Origin: Eledone cirrhosa
Lineage: Eukaryota
Reading direction: 5' to 3'
NCBI GenBank assembly: GCA_964016885.1
Contig: OZ024742.1
Location: 248,620,001-248,684,000 of the forward strand
DNA: 64,000 nucleotides
Shown here one piece after another: positions 1-14,889 of the stretch (within the stretch, counting starts at the first letter, position 1; every line of letters starts with the position of its first letter). Made by a program: the position numbers and the translations under genes. The notes below the pieces were generated by a model that had not been told where the DNA came from, did not search any database, and saw only the letters and a program-made list of their open reading frames with translations.

Positions 1-525
1 GGTGGTGGTAGCGAATGTGAGTAGTTCTGTTGGTGGTCTAGGTGGTGGTGGTAGTGATTGTGGTGGTCATGTTGGTGGAGGATGCAGTAGAGGTGATGGT
101 TATAGTGGTTGTGATGGTATCTTGAGATATTAATGGCGGTGGTGGCATGGGAAATGTATTGATGAGGATGGGGATGATGGGGTTGATAGTGGTGGTATTG
201 GTGGTTGTAATAATAATAGTTGTGTTGATGAGGAGGATGTTTGCGAATTGTTGGTGAAACTGATGGTGTTTTTGCCGAAGACGATGTTGAATGTGGATGG
301 AAAAATGGTGATGATGATTGATGAATATGATGATGATGATGATATATAATGATGATTTCATTGATGATGAGGTTGATAATTACTATGGTATTGTTGGTGG
401 TGATAATGAGGATGGTGAATGTCACGATGGAGGGAGTGAAGGGATGTGTGTTGGAAAGGACGATGATGTTGTTGATGATGATAACTATATTAGTAAAAAT
501 GATGATTTTGTCATAACAAAATAGG
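1..525. repeat. Degenerate (GGT)n/(GAT)n low-complexity tract
   Basis: Runs of ggt/gat triplets; the ORFs here are Thr/Ile/Asp homopolymer artefacts. Confidence 0.9.
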
Positions 526-1375
526 AGCTATCACATCCATGATATATAGTAATGTTTGATAAACTGTGTCAGCCGTGATGGTCATGACAGGAATACTTTC
601 ACTCATACATCTGATAAAAATCGATGACATCTATACAGTGTATGTGGAGCCAATGACAGAAATAGCAGGCATATCTTCATATTAGAAACTACCTTTTATA
701 AACGGACACATTCAAGAAATTTGACGTAGATATACTGAGTTTAAAAGCAAACAAATGTCTCGGATTTAAGTTCTACTGCATCGCGCCTGTCCCCGAGATA
801 CACAGCAAGCGTTTTAAATGCAAAACGGCAGCAAAACCACGTTTCTCCATGTATTTGCACAAAAGGCTAGAAAGAGAAGCTAACATTTCTTGAAACTATA
901 AACTATCGTTTTAAATTTCAAGTAAGAGTGCATAGGATAAAGAAAGAGCTGATGGACTGGCGTCTGACCGAGAATGATGGTGTTTGTTACAATGAGACAA
1001 TATTTTTGATCATATATGTCTACTAGATCACATCTGGCCTGGGGCTAAACATCAGCAATGTATATAACAACAACGTCAATAAAAAAAATAAAAGAACTGA
1101 AAAAAACAACAACAGCAACAGCAGCAGCAACACAGGCAACATAGAATATTAAAGTAACGATACATCAAAAAGAGTCAAGGAAGTAATATGAAACAAAAAA
1201 CATAAAATATTATTAATTTTTATTCAGTTCAGAAAGATAAGACAGAATTGTTTAATTCTCGTTATCTACTTAAGCAGAATACGTGTTTTGGTTGGTATAC
1301 ACACACACGCACAAGAACATAAATAAATAAATAAATAAGTAAATAAATAAATAAGTAAATATATATATATATAAC

Positions 1376-1553
1376 TATTTCTACTTTAGGCACAAGGCCA
1401 GCAATTACCCAGTACATTACTGGTACTTTATTTTATCGACCCAGTAAGGATGAAAGGCAAAGTTAACCTCGGCAGGATTTGAACTCAGACTGTAAAGGGA
1501 CGTAACTATGCTAGAAAGCATGGCGTCCGACCCTCTACCGATACTGCCAATCC
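1376..1553 (-). mobile_element. tRNA-derived SINE (family A, short subtype)
   Basis: Reverse complement reads tggattggcagtatcggtagag (A-box-like), gagttcaaatcc (B-box-like), gcctttcatcctt..gtcgataaaataaagtaccag, gtgcctaaagtagaaa; more than 12 homologous copies in the window. Confidence 0.9.
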
Positions 1554-1830
1554 AAACGGCGATGAATTAGTTTTGCGAGGTTTTTTATATGAAATCGTGT
1601 GTCGAAACAAATATTGTTATACTTGTGGAGGGTCATATTTGTGTAATATTGCCAGAATTAATAACAGAACACACTCACTGTTTGGTTGGTTTTCGCTTTT
1701 CGCTTCTGTGTCTTTTATATCGGTAATCTAATATAATATAATATACTCGGTCCTCAATGTTGCCATTGACTGACCGACGGTCAAAAATAATACAGATACA
1801 ATATAGACACAAACACAAGTATAACAATAT

Positions 1831-2022
<192 letters not shown>

Positions 2023-2050
2023 TTATATATATGTATATTTATATATCTAT

Positions 2051-2208
2051 CTAAGACGGGTAAAATTCCCGAGATCCATGGACGAGTTCTCTCCAGCGGT
2101 CTCTGTCCCTCATTATCGCTGCCATGTCCTGCGTCTCCAACAGACCAGTGTCTGTCCTTAGGCCATCAACATACGTTAACCTTGGTCTTCCTCTTCTAGT
2201 GTGTCCAT
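2051..2208 (-). mobile_element. 3'-terminal fragment of an RTE-clade LINE inside a (TA)n tract
   Basis: [22 protein letters not shown]...[11 protein letters not shown] matches the RTE C-terminal 'RxxGRP...DRxxWR' signature; (TA)n on both sides. Confidence 0.75.
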
Positions 2209-2225
2209 GTATATATATATATATG

Positions 2226-2301
<76 letters not shown>

Positions 2302-2442
2302 TATACATATATATATACATATATACATACATTTAGATTTAGGGGTTGACAGGGATGTGCGGATTAGATCCTGGTCTGTCGGTTGTGAAGCAGATAAAAA
2401 GTAGCGCTCAACGACCTGTATAAATGGTGCAAGACAGAGCAT

Positions 2443-3372
2443 TATATATTAATAAAAGATCGGAGACCGTATTCAGTTGATTCAGGATTATTTCAAACTC
2501 CGTTATATATATTTCACTGTCGACTATCAATTATTTTAGTCTGAGCTCTTCATACCATACAACCTAAAATAAACTTTGAAATCTTCTAAGAAAACTTTAA
2601 AATTTCGAATAATCTAATTATTTCCCCGAAAAGAGGGACCGGCTATCGAAGAAACAACACCAGGTATTCGGCCGGCCGTCTGTATCATAAAAAGAATATT
2701 TTTTCGGGGAAATTATTAGACTTTTCCAAATTTTAAAATTTTTGTTTGAATTTTTAATGTTTATCTTAGGATTTGTCGTCTGAAGAGCCCAGGCTATCAT
2801 AATGGATAGTCTTCACTGAAATCTAAACTATAATAAAGTAAGATGCGCGGGACTGCGTACGGTTTATAATTGTTTATCCAATTAGTACAATAACTTGAAT
2901 TACTTTGCATATATAATGAATGAATATTACATAAATTATCTACTAAATTTCGTGGCTGTTCATTAAATATATTTTGTTATTTATTAAAAGATTCACTTCT
3001 TTAAAATGTTCAAATATCAACACTTCTGGTGGCGATCGCTTAAATAAAGATATTAATTTTCTGTCACTAATTTTCTCCTAATGCATTTTATATATAATAT
3101 CGTCTTTTTTTAATGTGTCATGGATTACGTTAATTATTACATAAGACAGTGTAACACACTATTCGTTCAATTTCTGTTTATATTGTCAATTACGATTTTA
3201 TTTGACGTATCATATCTACATGTATATATACTTGCGTATAATATCAATATACACACTACACCTGCTAGCAGAAAACCTTCCGATGGGTGGTTTTTCTGCT
3301 AGTATGTATAATAGAGTTTTAATTAAGCCTGAATCAACTGAATATGGCCTCCGATCTTTTATTAATATATAA
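2443..3372 (+). mobile_element. Non-coding element with ~65-bp terminal inverted repeats and an internal hammerhead-like core (Penelope-like derivative)
   Basis: 2443-2507 (tatattaataaaagatcggagaccgtattcagttgattcagg) is the imperfect reverse complement of 3307-3372 (cctgaatcaactgaatatggcctccgatcttttattaatata). Confidence 0.65.
2780..2821 (+). ncRNA. Hammerhead ribozyme-like core
   Basis: CTGAAGA-gccc-aggctatc-ataatg-gatagtct-tcact-GAAA; aggctatc/gatagtct can pair as stem II. Stems I and III not verified. Confidence 0.5.
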
Positions 3373-3427
3373 ACACACATACGTACATGCACACGCGCGC
3401 ACACGCACACACACACACACACACACA

Positions 3428-3531
<104 letters not shown>

Positions 3532-3619
3532 CACACACACACGCACACACACACGCGCACACACACTCACACGCCCACACACACACATATATATATATGT
3601 ACCCCGGGATAAACTTATA

Positions 3620-3685
<66 letters not shown>

Positions 3686-3721
3686 TAGCGAAGCAAGCAG
3701 TTATTAAACAAATCCATCCAC

Positions 3722-3768
<47 letters not shown>

Positions 3769-3790
3769 TATATATATACATATACATATA

Positions 3791-4580
3791 TACAGTGTGA
3801 GTGGAAAGTGACTCCTAGGTTTACTTTTCATGTAAATGTGACTACGTCAAAATTTGGTTGGTGAAATAATTTCATCAATTATATAAAGTTTTATGTGTAA
3901 ATAAATAATGATTTCGAATGATTTTCATTATTATACGTGTAATGAAATAAAGAAAAAAGTGTTGTCAACTGAAGAAAGAATTTCAATTGTTTTGCTAATA
4001 GCCAGAGTACAAGTCTGTAGCTGATGTTCAGCGAAAATGGACAACTCAGCTCAATTCACCAGCCCCTTCACACAAAACAATAGTAACTTGTAAAAAAGAA
4101 TCAATACATGACCTTGACAGGCGTGAAAGACCCAGTTTTAATCAAGACTAGATGAAGAAGTTTGAAGTTTCGCAAAAGCATCATCAACATCTCTCAGACA
4201 GGCATCAAGTCACTTTGGTATTCCTTATTCAAATATTCGTGAGAATTTAAAATACCACATTGGCATGAAGCTATATAAGACGTCAAATATGCGACAACTG
4301 TATCTATCTGATGGGTACGTGAATGGATTTTTTTAGATTTTTTTGGACATATTAAATCTATTGTGCAAGCTTCCACTCCGAAAACGCTGGAAGAACTGAA
4401 ACAGGCTATATCAACATCTTCAGGCTGCATTCGACAGTATCATGAAGAGTCTTGATATGTGCATTATCTACGGAGTGTGATATATATTGTTATTTTAAAA
4501 CAAAGAGAATAAATTGGTTGGAAGTTTTTGTTACGATAATTTTGAAGAAAACTAGGGAAAGACTTTACACTCACCCTATA
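3791..4580 (+). mobile_element. Decayed, internally deleted Tc1/mariner-superfamily DNA transposon
   Basis: Imperfect TIRs TAcagtgtgagtggaaagtgactcctag / ctagggaaagactttacactcaccctaTA with TA at both ends; remnant peptides TEERISIVLL..SVADVQRKW (N-terminal HTH-like) and LDFFGHIKSIVQASTPKTLEELKQAI (resembles DFFLWGxxKxxV...LEELK). Confidence 0.7.
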
Positions 4581-4651
4581 TATATATATATATATGCGTG
4601 TGTGTCTGCGTGTGTATGTGTGTATGTATATATTTATATATATATATATAC

Positions 4652-4770
<119 letters not shown>

Positions 4771-4862
4771 GTGGTACTGAGGCCACTAATCAAGGGTGTA
4801 CTCAATGCATGGGGAGATGGGTATAGAAATATGAAAAATTTAGCACCGTGTTCATGATTTTA

Positions 4863-4899
<37 letters not shown>

Positions 4900-4977
4900 G
4901 TATATGTGTGTGTATGAAGTAATTCCGTCGGAAAGGCCAAGGAAAAAAGAGTGCTCTATGTAGGTTACAGAGCTTAT

Positions 4978-5178
4978 TAGCTATGTAATAAACAACATAA
5001 GATAATTATTTCATTTACCAGTGGTTTCTTGAAACCAAACAAATTTGGTTTCATTCATTAGAATGAAAAAATCCTACATCAGGATTTTTTCATTCTAATG
5101 AATGAAAGCAAATTTGTTTGCTTTCAAGAAACCACTGGTAAATGAAATAATGATCTTATGTTGTTTATTACATAACTA
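4978..5178. repeat. Fold-back inverted repeat, ~98-bp arms, 5-nt spacer
   Basis: ...gaatgaaaaaatcct|acatc|aggattttttcattc...; arms match with a few mismatches; minus strand reads CTGATGt...GAAAC (5082-5048). Confidence 0.9.
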
Positions 5179-5888
5179 TATATATATATATTTAATTATG
5201 TATATATATATGTATATATGCATACGCACATACACACAAAGGTATATTAAATGTCTCTCTAAATATGTGTACAAATATATATCAAGTACGCTGTAATCAT
5301 TTCACTCGGTAGTGTGTTCAATGTAATGACTATAGTTTTCTTGTATTTTGTACAATTTCAAAATCTTTCGAATCCATTTAACGCATAACTTCACGTGCTG
5401 GTGGGCATCTTAACGCACGTACGAACTCTATTTAGTGATACATTTCCCTTTATTTCCTTTAGATACCTCCAGTGCAATGTGGGAGAGATGTTTTTGGTGA
5501 CTGAAATTAATATTGTGCGGCTGTAGAAAACAGATGTTGAGTAAACTAAGTGGTTTATGTCTTTTCAAATTTGGTCCTGGTTCCTCTGTTTTGAATCCTA
5601 ACTAAAATATGGCCCAATTCTATTAGAAGGTTAAAGTTTTGTTCAAAGATGTAGTCACGGAACTGCAGATATAGGGTTCCCCATCGCGATATATTTCATA
5701 ACACATTTTTAGGGGGCGAAGAAGACAATCACAAACACACCTATATGTTTATATTATGTAAAGAGACAACACTCTGGGGAGAGATTTCTTGGGTTCAGAA
5801 CTATTTTTGTTTCTCTATTGCTTTTCGTTTCCATTTTGCTATTGTGTTTTTTTCAAATTGAAAATAGTTGTGTATTTACGTATGTGCA

Positions 5889-7320
<1,432 letters not shown>

Positions 7321-7722
7321 CGTGTGTGTGTGTATGCGTGTGCGTATGACTGTGTGCCCTTGTGTATATGCGTCTACAAACGCACAGACATATATAGAGA
7401 GAGAGACTCATACACATATATGTATATATACAGATATAGACTTTAATACCAACAAATATTGTCATTTATTAGCTTTAATCTAATACAGATATATACATAC
7501 ATTCACTCACACTCATGAACTTCTCTGTATAAATATATATATATATATATATATATTATTATGAATTGGGAGGGTCATGTTGCCAATAAGAAACACACGC
7601 ACCAGCTGCTTTCACTCCAATTTATTATAAATTAAATTTATAAATTTAAGAATTTATAAATTTCCGGTTGGTTCGTTGGTTGGTTCCATAACCGGACGGT
7701 TGTTCATATATTGTCAAAGTTC

Positions 7723-7751
7723 TTTTGTCACACATTCTGTGACCTCTTCAG
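7723..7751 (-). ncRNA. Degenerate hammerhead-like core
   Basis: Minus strand CTGAAGA-g-gtcaca-gaatg-tgtgac-aaaa; 6-bp stem II, GAAA box mutated. Confidence 0.35.
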
Positions 7752-7790
7752 TGACTGGGGATTATTTTCTTTGTTTTGTGCCTCTCCTTT

Positions 7791-7818
<28 letters not shown>

Positions 7819-7826
<8 letters not shown>

Positions 7827-8781
7827 ATAAATTAACGGAGCCATAGACCCTCGCCATTCCCTGGAAAGAATGTGCTCAAAGGAGAAAAAATCCTGAGCCC
7901 TTTGAAATACAATATGTTGAAAAAGTAACACACTAGAGAGAGATATACAGTGCGCTGTCAATAAAACAGGGAAAAAACCACCACTGTATGGAATCTATAA
8001 CCTATGAAAGGCAGACTATAGACACGATAATTAAAAATATAAATTAAAGCATAAATAAATACCTCTATAACTATATAACACACGTACAAATCCAAGGAGA
8101 TCTTTTTCGCCAGTAAGTTGTTGACAGAAATGGAATAACCTCGGTTCCTCAGCGTGTGTAAGGCTATATATTTCAGACAACACTAACAGAGTTTTAAAAG
8201 TGACTCTCCAGCTACACGTGGGAGAGAGAAGTCACAGCGTGTTTAAGGGCAGTGAACCAGTGGTCTCTGAGGGACGAGCTGCTAGAAAGGGCAGCCCACA
8301 CCCACTCAGAGAAGTATGCTCCACCAAACAGAGAGATAAGAAAGACTGTTATAAGGAGCGAAATATCACGATAAATTAACGGAGCCATAGACCCTCGCCA
8401 TTCCCTGGAAAGAATGTGCTCAAAGGAAAAGAAATCCTGAGCTCTTTAAAATACAATATGTTGAAAAGGTAACACACTAGAGAGAGATATACAGTGCGCT
8501 ATCAATAAAACAGGGAAAAAACCACCAGTGTATGGAATCTATAACCTATAAAAGGCAGACTGTAGACACGATAATTAAAAAGATGAATTGAAGCGTAAAT
8601 AAATACCTCTATAACTATATAACACACGTACAAATCCGAAGAGATCTTTTTCGCCAGTAAGTTGTTGACAGAAATGGAATAACCTCGGTTCCTCAGCGTG
8701 TGTAAGGCTATACATTTCAGACAACAATAAGAGAGTTTTAAAAGTGACTGCCCAGCTAAACGTGGGAGAGAGAAGTCACAG
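7819..8781 (-). repeat. Direct tandem duplication, 544-bp period, one full and one partial unit (Penelope pseudo-LTR-like arrangement)
   Basis: atcacgataaattaacggagccatagaccc at 7821 and 8365; ~417 bp shared at high identity; abuts (TA)n at 7820; CTGAGGA...GAAA on the minus strand (8152-8105). Confidence 0.85.
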
Positions 8782-9258
8782 TGATCTTCCAACCATCATT
8801 GGTATTTCATCGCTTTAAAGACCATATACCTCCGGTTGGTGCGAGCAACAGCTAAAAAAAGTCGTTGGGACACGTAAATAAAGGGGACACGAGTGTAAAC
8901 TAACAAAAATGGGGAAGCAACGAAAAGTGAGGAAGAAGTCCAAAAGTTCTATGAATTTAAATTCAGTGAAATCGTGAACGAGAGAGAATAAAGACCATCA
9001 AACCTGGTTGAAAGGTGAGCAAGGAAGGAATTTCGCACAGGTCTAACGGGAGGAAGAAGGGGTCTAGTCTGTGAATTCGGTAAACATAAGTTCTGTGAAA
9101 TCGTAGACGAGAGAGAGAAAAAATGCCGACCGGCCTGGCCAAGGGTGCGAAAGAAAAGAATTACGCACAGGCCAAACGGGAAGAAGGAGGAGGAGGAGAG
9201 GTAGTAACGGAGAATGAGTGAGTGAAGGGTGAGGAAGAGGCTAACAGAGAGAGTGACT
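8779..9258 (-). mobile_element. Interspersed non-coding repeat (family also at 20720-20882 and 47165-47590)
   Basis: Reverse complement matches 47165-47525 (gctcgcaccaacc.gaggtatatg.tctttaaagcga..aaataccaatga.ggttggaagatcactg); truncated inside the CTGATGA motif; internal ~130-bp degenerate duplication. Confidence 0.7.
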
Positions 9259-12200
9259 GCTAGAGAGGGTAAAGATACAGAGAAAGAGGAAGCAGTCAGA
9301 ACGATATAGTCGGGTCACATACACAACAAAAAATAGAGACACCACTAACGCAAACACTTCCCCAATGACATCATCACCAACACCAACATCGACACCACCT
9401 CCACAATCCCCGAAACGCAAACAACCTAAACAAACACAAGTACAAATAAACACACAAATACCTGAAATTGCAGACACCACACCTACAACAAACATAGACA
9501 TACCCGAAACAACACCAACAAAACCATCGCCACCACAGTCACCAAAACGAAAACAAATAAAACCACACCAACAAAATGTTAGAAGCTTCGTGCTTGTCAG
9601 AAGGGCCAACGATAAACTGATGGCCCTCTTAGCGACAAGCGAGGACATTCAAACAGAGGGGGTGATTTTTGAAATGAGCACATTTTGCGTGTAGAAGATT
9701 TGCTTCTGGTCCGAATGTCACTCAATTCCTTCAAAGAAATTCGAGAGATCTTTCCTCAAGACGTGGGAACCCCGAATGTGAAACCCACATCAAGACTTTT
9801 AAAGGGGTTCCCAAAAGAAACCCCACCAACCATAGAGGTCGAACCACCCGACCTTCACAAGACCCGGGAGGTAAGTAAACCTTCCCTCTCTCTCTCTTAG
9901 CTTACCAATATGGCCATATTAAGAGTAGGAAGTTTAAGTTTCGCGGCCTGGGGTCACCCTGGAAGCAGGGTCGGCTGATCAACGACCTACGGTCGCTGGA
10001 AATGGGTCTGATTGCCGTAAGCGAGACCAGAATTTCTGACACCCACGCACTAGCCCCCATTTTCGACGACTATCAGATCTTCGCATCTGTTAGCAGGCCG
10101 AGAATGTGGGGTGGGGTGGCAGTGCTGTTTAGGAAAGGACTGGATCTCGAGGTATGGTCGATCTTCCGGGACCCGGACGGTAAGTTGGTGGTCTTGGATG
10201 TGAGCAGTAGCGAAGGTGGTGCCTTTAGACTGCTGGCCGTCTACGCGCCTACAGTGGCCGGACGACCTGACTTCTTTAGGCGCCTGGAGAACTTTCTGGG
10301 TACGTCTCACCCTTTACTGTTAGCGGGGGACTGGAATGGCATCTTAGACGCACGCTGGGATTGTGTGGGAGTAGCCGATAGGAGCGGGGGGTGCAAAAGC
10401 CTCAAGCACCTACTCAGCCAGTTCCAACTGGCAGGTATCGACTAGAATTCCGCAACGTGCCGGTATGGACATGGACCAACCGAATGGGGTCATCTAGATC
10501 GTATATAGACAGGATCTTCATTAGGAAAATAGATAGAAATAGTGTGGGCTGTCCACTTTTTAAAACGGTCTCCTATTCAGATCACAAATTTGTGATCTGT
10601 ACGGTCGACCTAAATAAAACGCGTAGGTTAGGACCGGGTTACTGGAAGCTGAACATGTCATTTCCGGCACGTAAGGTTTACAGGGACCGAGTCAACAATT
10701 TAGTTAAGCAAAAGTTGACAGGGGGGATCATCAGCAACAGATGATGGGTGGCTCTCAAAAGAGAGATTAGAGTAACTTCGATAGAGTTCAGCAAAGAACT
10801 AGCGTTAGAGAAAAATAGAAAGGAGGGGGAGCTGGTAGATAATTTAGAAGAGGCTATTTGTAGTGGCATCGCAACTGACGTGCTAGCGGCGAGAATGGCA
10901 TTAGACTATTTCTTCAATGCCAAACACGAAGGTTGCATTGTCAGAGCTAAGGCGCGTGCGCTGAGAAACGAGGGAACTAAAGCTGTTCGATGGGCCCGCG
11001 TGGCGGAGGCGCACCGTGGTAATAAAACCACAATTCGGTCTTTGGCGGACCGAGACGGACACGAGATAAGCGATTCCAAGCAGATGTGTGAGGCCTTTCG
11101 CCAGCACTTTGCTCGGTTGTTCAGGGAGAGTGGCGACTCAGAGAGAGTAGCGGATATCTGTCCCTACCTTGACGGCTTGCCGCACATCTCGACGTTCGAC
11201 GCTGAGCGCTGCAAAAGGCCGATTACTTCAGCCGAAATTCAGGACGCCCTTGTCGGCTGCATGAGGCGCAAGTCACCCGGTTTGGATGGCCTGCCCTACG
11301 AGCTTTAAGTAAACATGCCAGACTTGTTCCCCGAACTCCTCGAAGCACTCTACTGCAACTGGCAGCAGAATGGGAGTATTCCCAGTTCTGTGAGCAGGGG
11401 AGTGGTGACGCTGATGAGGAAAGACGAGAACAAGAGGGATACATTAGACAACTTCAGGCCCATAACTCTGCTCAGCACAGAGTTTAAGATTTTGGCCAAG
11501 GTGTTAGCAAAGAGATTGGCGCTTGTCGTCGAGGATTTGGTGGGGGCGCAAACTTGCGCAATCCCGGCCAGTTCTATACACGACAATCTCCACCTCATGC
11601 GATACATCATAGAGAGGGCAGTGTGTAAACATGGCTTCGGTGGGGCACTGATCAATTTAGATCAAACGAAAGCATTCGATAGGGTCGACCATCGGTATCT
11701 GGAGTTTGTCCTCAAAGCAGCTGGCTTCGGCACCATCTTTAGAAGCTGGATCGTTGCAATGCACAGCGGCACACGCTCGGTGGTTAAGGTTAATAGCCAC
11801 CTCTCGGAATCATTTCAGCTCTCCCGAACGGTCCGTCAAGGGTGCCCTCTCTCTTTCCTTCTGTACGTATTGACTCTCGAGCCTTTACTGCGGAAGCTGG
11901 AGCTGTTGCAGGGCATCCCGCTCGAACCGGGACGTGGAAAGGCGGTGTCGGCTTATGCGGACGACATCACAGTGATGATGTCGATCACCTCAGACATCGA
12001 GGTGGTTGGCACCTTATTGAAGGAATATGAAAATTTGACAAGAGCCAAACTTAACCCGGAAAAGTCGGTGGGCTTGCAGCTCGGAACCTGGAGAGGCAAG
12101 CCCATGCCGTCCAACAGCGTCGTGGGGCGCTGGACGGACGGACCGGTAAAGTTGCTCGGGGTTTAGTTCGGACCAGACCTCCAGGTGGAAAATAATTGGG

Positions 12201-13612
12201 ACGAGGTAACGAGCAGAGTAGCCAGTCTCACCCAAATATGGGCTGGGAAGAAGCTATCACTGAAAGGTCGCGCGGAGGTGGCGAATGCGTACATCGCGTC
12301 CGTCATCTACTAGCGCCTGACCGTCGTGCCTTGCCCCCGTCCGCGCCTCGTCAAGTTGGAACGGCTCCTCTTCAAATTCTTGTGAAGGGGAAAAGTTCCG
12401 TTGGTGAGGCGGTCCATCTGCTGCCAGCACCCTTTACGCGGAGGGCTGGGCATGCCGTGGCTAATGATGCTTTGTGGCTGCGACAAATCCAGGTATTCTG
12501 CCTCAACGGTGAACAGGTGTGGTCGCCGTTTATCAGACGGGCCTTTCCGCAGCTCATTTCTTTGACTGAGATGCAGTCCTGGGTCAAGAAGAGACCGAGA
12601 CTGGGTGACTGACACCTGGAATGTTGCCAGGTACTCACTGCCCTCTACCAAGCGGGAAATGCGATCAGTGGAACTTCCACTCTCGAGTTCTATAGAGGAT
12701 TAGTGGTGGGCAACTGCGATGACGGACTCGGAGAAGCTTTGGGCCTCGACGAAGTCGAACTGACCAGTCTGTACCGGAGGACTTTTGAGCCGGGGACGAT
12801 GGACAATTTCCAGAAATCCCTCTCTTGGCAATGCTACCGGGGGCACTGCCGTCGGGATAAACTCTACAGGCACGGAAGGGCTGTGAGACGGACCTGCCCA
12901 AGATGCGCACAGAACGACGAAACTGTTCTGCACGCACTTGTCCAATGTCCGTGCATTACTGACTTGTGGAGTTATGTCGAACAGCTACTGTCGCGTGTGG
13001 AACGAATCCGGCTATCGGCCGAGTCCATAGTGAAGATCAATCCATCGCCTTCCTTAGGTCAGGAAGAGCAGGAAATGTTCCTCTGTCTGGTGGCAGTTGC
13101 GAAAGAGATTATATGGTGGACCAGGTTGAAAGGACTAAAGACAGACACTTTTCTCTTCGGCCAATCCCTCATCAACTTCTTCAAGTTTCACCTGGAAAGG
13201 AAGGTGCGGGTGGAGAGAGAAGTGCTGCCCCCCCCCCCAGTACATTTGCTAAAAGGTGGGTGAATGTGGCGAGAATGGCTCGTGTGAATGGGCCTACTCT
13301 GACGATGCGCCTATAGGCTAGCTAACTTGAGGAGAGGGGTGTTCTCCCTGGCTGCCCTAAAAGCGCAGGACGGTTCAGGATTGGTGGGGTACCCGAATCA
13401 CCCCAGGGTCGTCCACTCCCTTTCGGGGAATTTATTTTGTTATATTTATGCATAGTTTATTTTATATTTTTATATTTTCATTGTTAAATTAGTCTTGCCA
13501 TTGTGCACTTTTACTCGACCTTATTGTAAACCCCCACTGTCCCTGTCTTTGTATTGTCCCTTACATGTCGGCCCTTGTGGCTAATAAATGAAATCATTAT
13601 TATTATTATTAT
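9259..13612 (+). mobile_element. Tx1/L1-clade non-LTR retrotransposon, 5'-truncated in ORF1, decayed
   Basis: Pro/Thr-rich putative ORF1 tail (9259-9900), ORF2 with APE, RT and CCHC motifs, and a 3' end cccttgtggctaataaa followed by (ATT)n. Confidence 0.9.
9910..13316 (+). pseudogene. Tx1-type ORF2 (AP endonuclease, reverse transcriptase, zinc knuckle) with multiple frameshifts and stops
   Basis: APE motifs VSET, GGVAVL, VYAP, GDWN, YIDRIF, SDH, GYWKLN; RT motifs FRPITLL, LDQTKAFDRVDH, RQGCPLS, AYADD; C-terminal CPRC..ETVLHALVQCP. Confidence 0.92.
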
Positions 13613-14691
13613 AAGAACAGATCAAAATTTAAGCAAAGAATCGCTGCTTTCACCCTTAACGTTAAGGGTGAAAGAAAATTGAAGATACAGTATTTGGGAC
13701 AAATTCTACAATGTTGGGTTAGCTGTATACCGAAGCTGCATTCCCAGGTGTATAGAATGGTGAAGGCATTGCCTCTTCACCAGTCACTCCATTTTCTCCT
13801 GGGACTCCTTCCCCAAGCAAGTTGCATTCCTTCCAATATTGTAGGCGGAAACCTTTATTCGGGAACTGGCACGAACTGGCACGAAAAGGAAATGATTAGT
13901 AAAATCATGGGATTTGTTTACCAGCATAACTGGAAGTGTTGCCAAGTTTGGAGCCGAGGTGTTGAGATTGCAAGTGGTGATGAAAATAATGTTTATGTTT
14001 GCAGCACCCGTGGTTGTCTGGGTATCTGCGATAGTGGTGCTGGTTGTGATGGTATTATAGATTTTAAAAGGTGCAAAACGAGCACTTATATAAGTTACAT
14101 CAAATGTTCTCCGACGTTTCAAATCACAGGAGAAAATGGAAGAGGTAGGAAAAGTAAGTCTAAATAGAACGTAAAGAAAATGTCTGCCACTACCAATGAG
14201 ATATTACACTTGCGACACAAAAATATTTACAACAATGAAATTAAAATGAAATTTGAGCAATGAAACAAAAATATATTCTAATTTCAGTGAAAATTGTTTA
14301 TCCGAGTTGAAAACATTAGTTCAATGGGAGAAGGAAATAAAATAAAATATCAAACAAAACAAAATAAAAATATTTTAGTCATAAACAAAGTAAATTAAAC
14401 TAAATTTTCACAATATCACACTAATTTTACAACGTGTTTTAATTAGTTGAATAAAATGTGTAGAGGAAGGCATTGGAGCGAATCGATATCTCACAGTATG
14501 AAGAGAGAAAAGAAATAAACATCTCTCAAACACAAATGAGATGGTATGACAACAAAACAAGCAAAAAAACTGTCTGTTCGTGCAAGGTAAGTTAACCAAT
14601 AAAATGTAATAGAACACTTAGAACAGACGGACACTTGGAAATATATTTCGACAGCTGATATTTTCAGTTAAAATGTAGAATTCATTAATTG

Positions 14692-14870
14692 TTTCTACTA
14701 TATGAACAAGGCCAGCAATTTACAGTACATTACTGGTACTTTATTTTATCAAACCCGTAAGGATGAAAGGCAAAGTTAACATCAGCGGCATTTGAAATCA
14801 GAATGGCAAGGGCCGTAACTCAATGCGTCAAATCATGGCGTCCGACTCGACCCTCTACCAATACTGCCAA
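14692..14870 (-). mobile_element. tRNA-derived SINE family A, diverged copy
   Basis: tggtactttattttatc..ggatgaaaggcaaagttaac..tttgaaatcaga..ccctctaccaatactgcca. Confidence 0.8.
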
Positions 14871-14889
14871 GATGTAGAATTCATTAATG

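Noticed and set aside
3265-3302. Hairpin ctagcagaaaacc/ggtttttctgctag resembling a terminator or Helitron 3' end
   Set aside because: The CTAG is part of the stem rather than downstream of it, no matching 5' end was found, and intrinsic terminators do not apply in this eukaryotic context.
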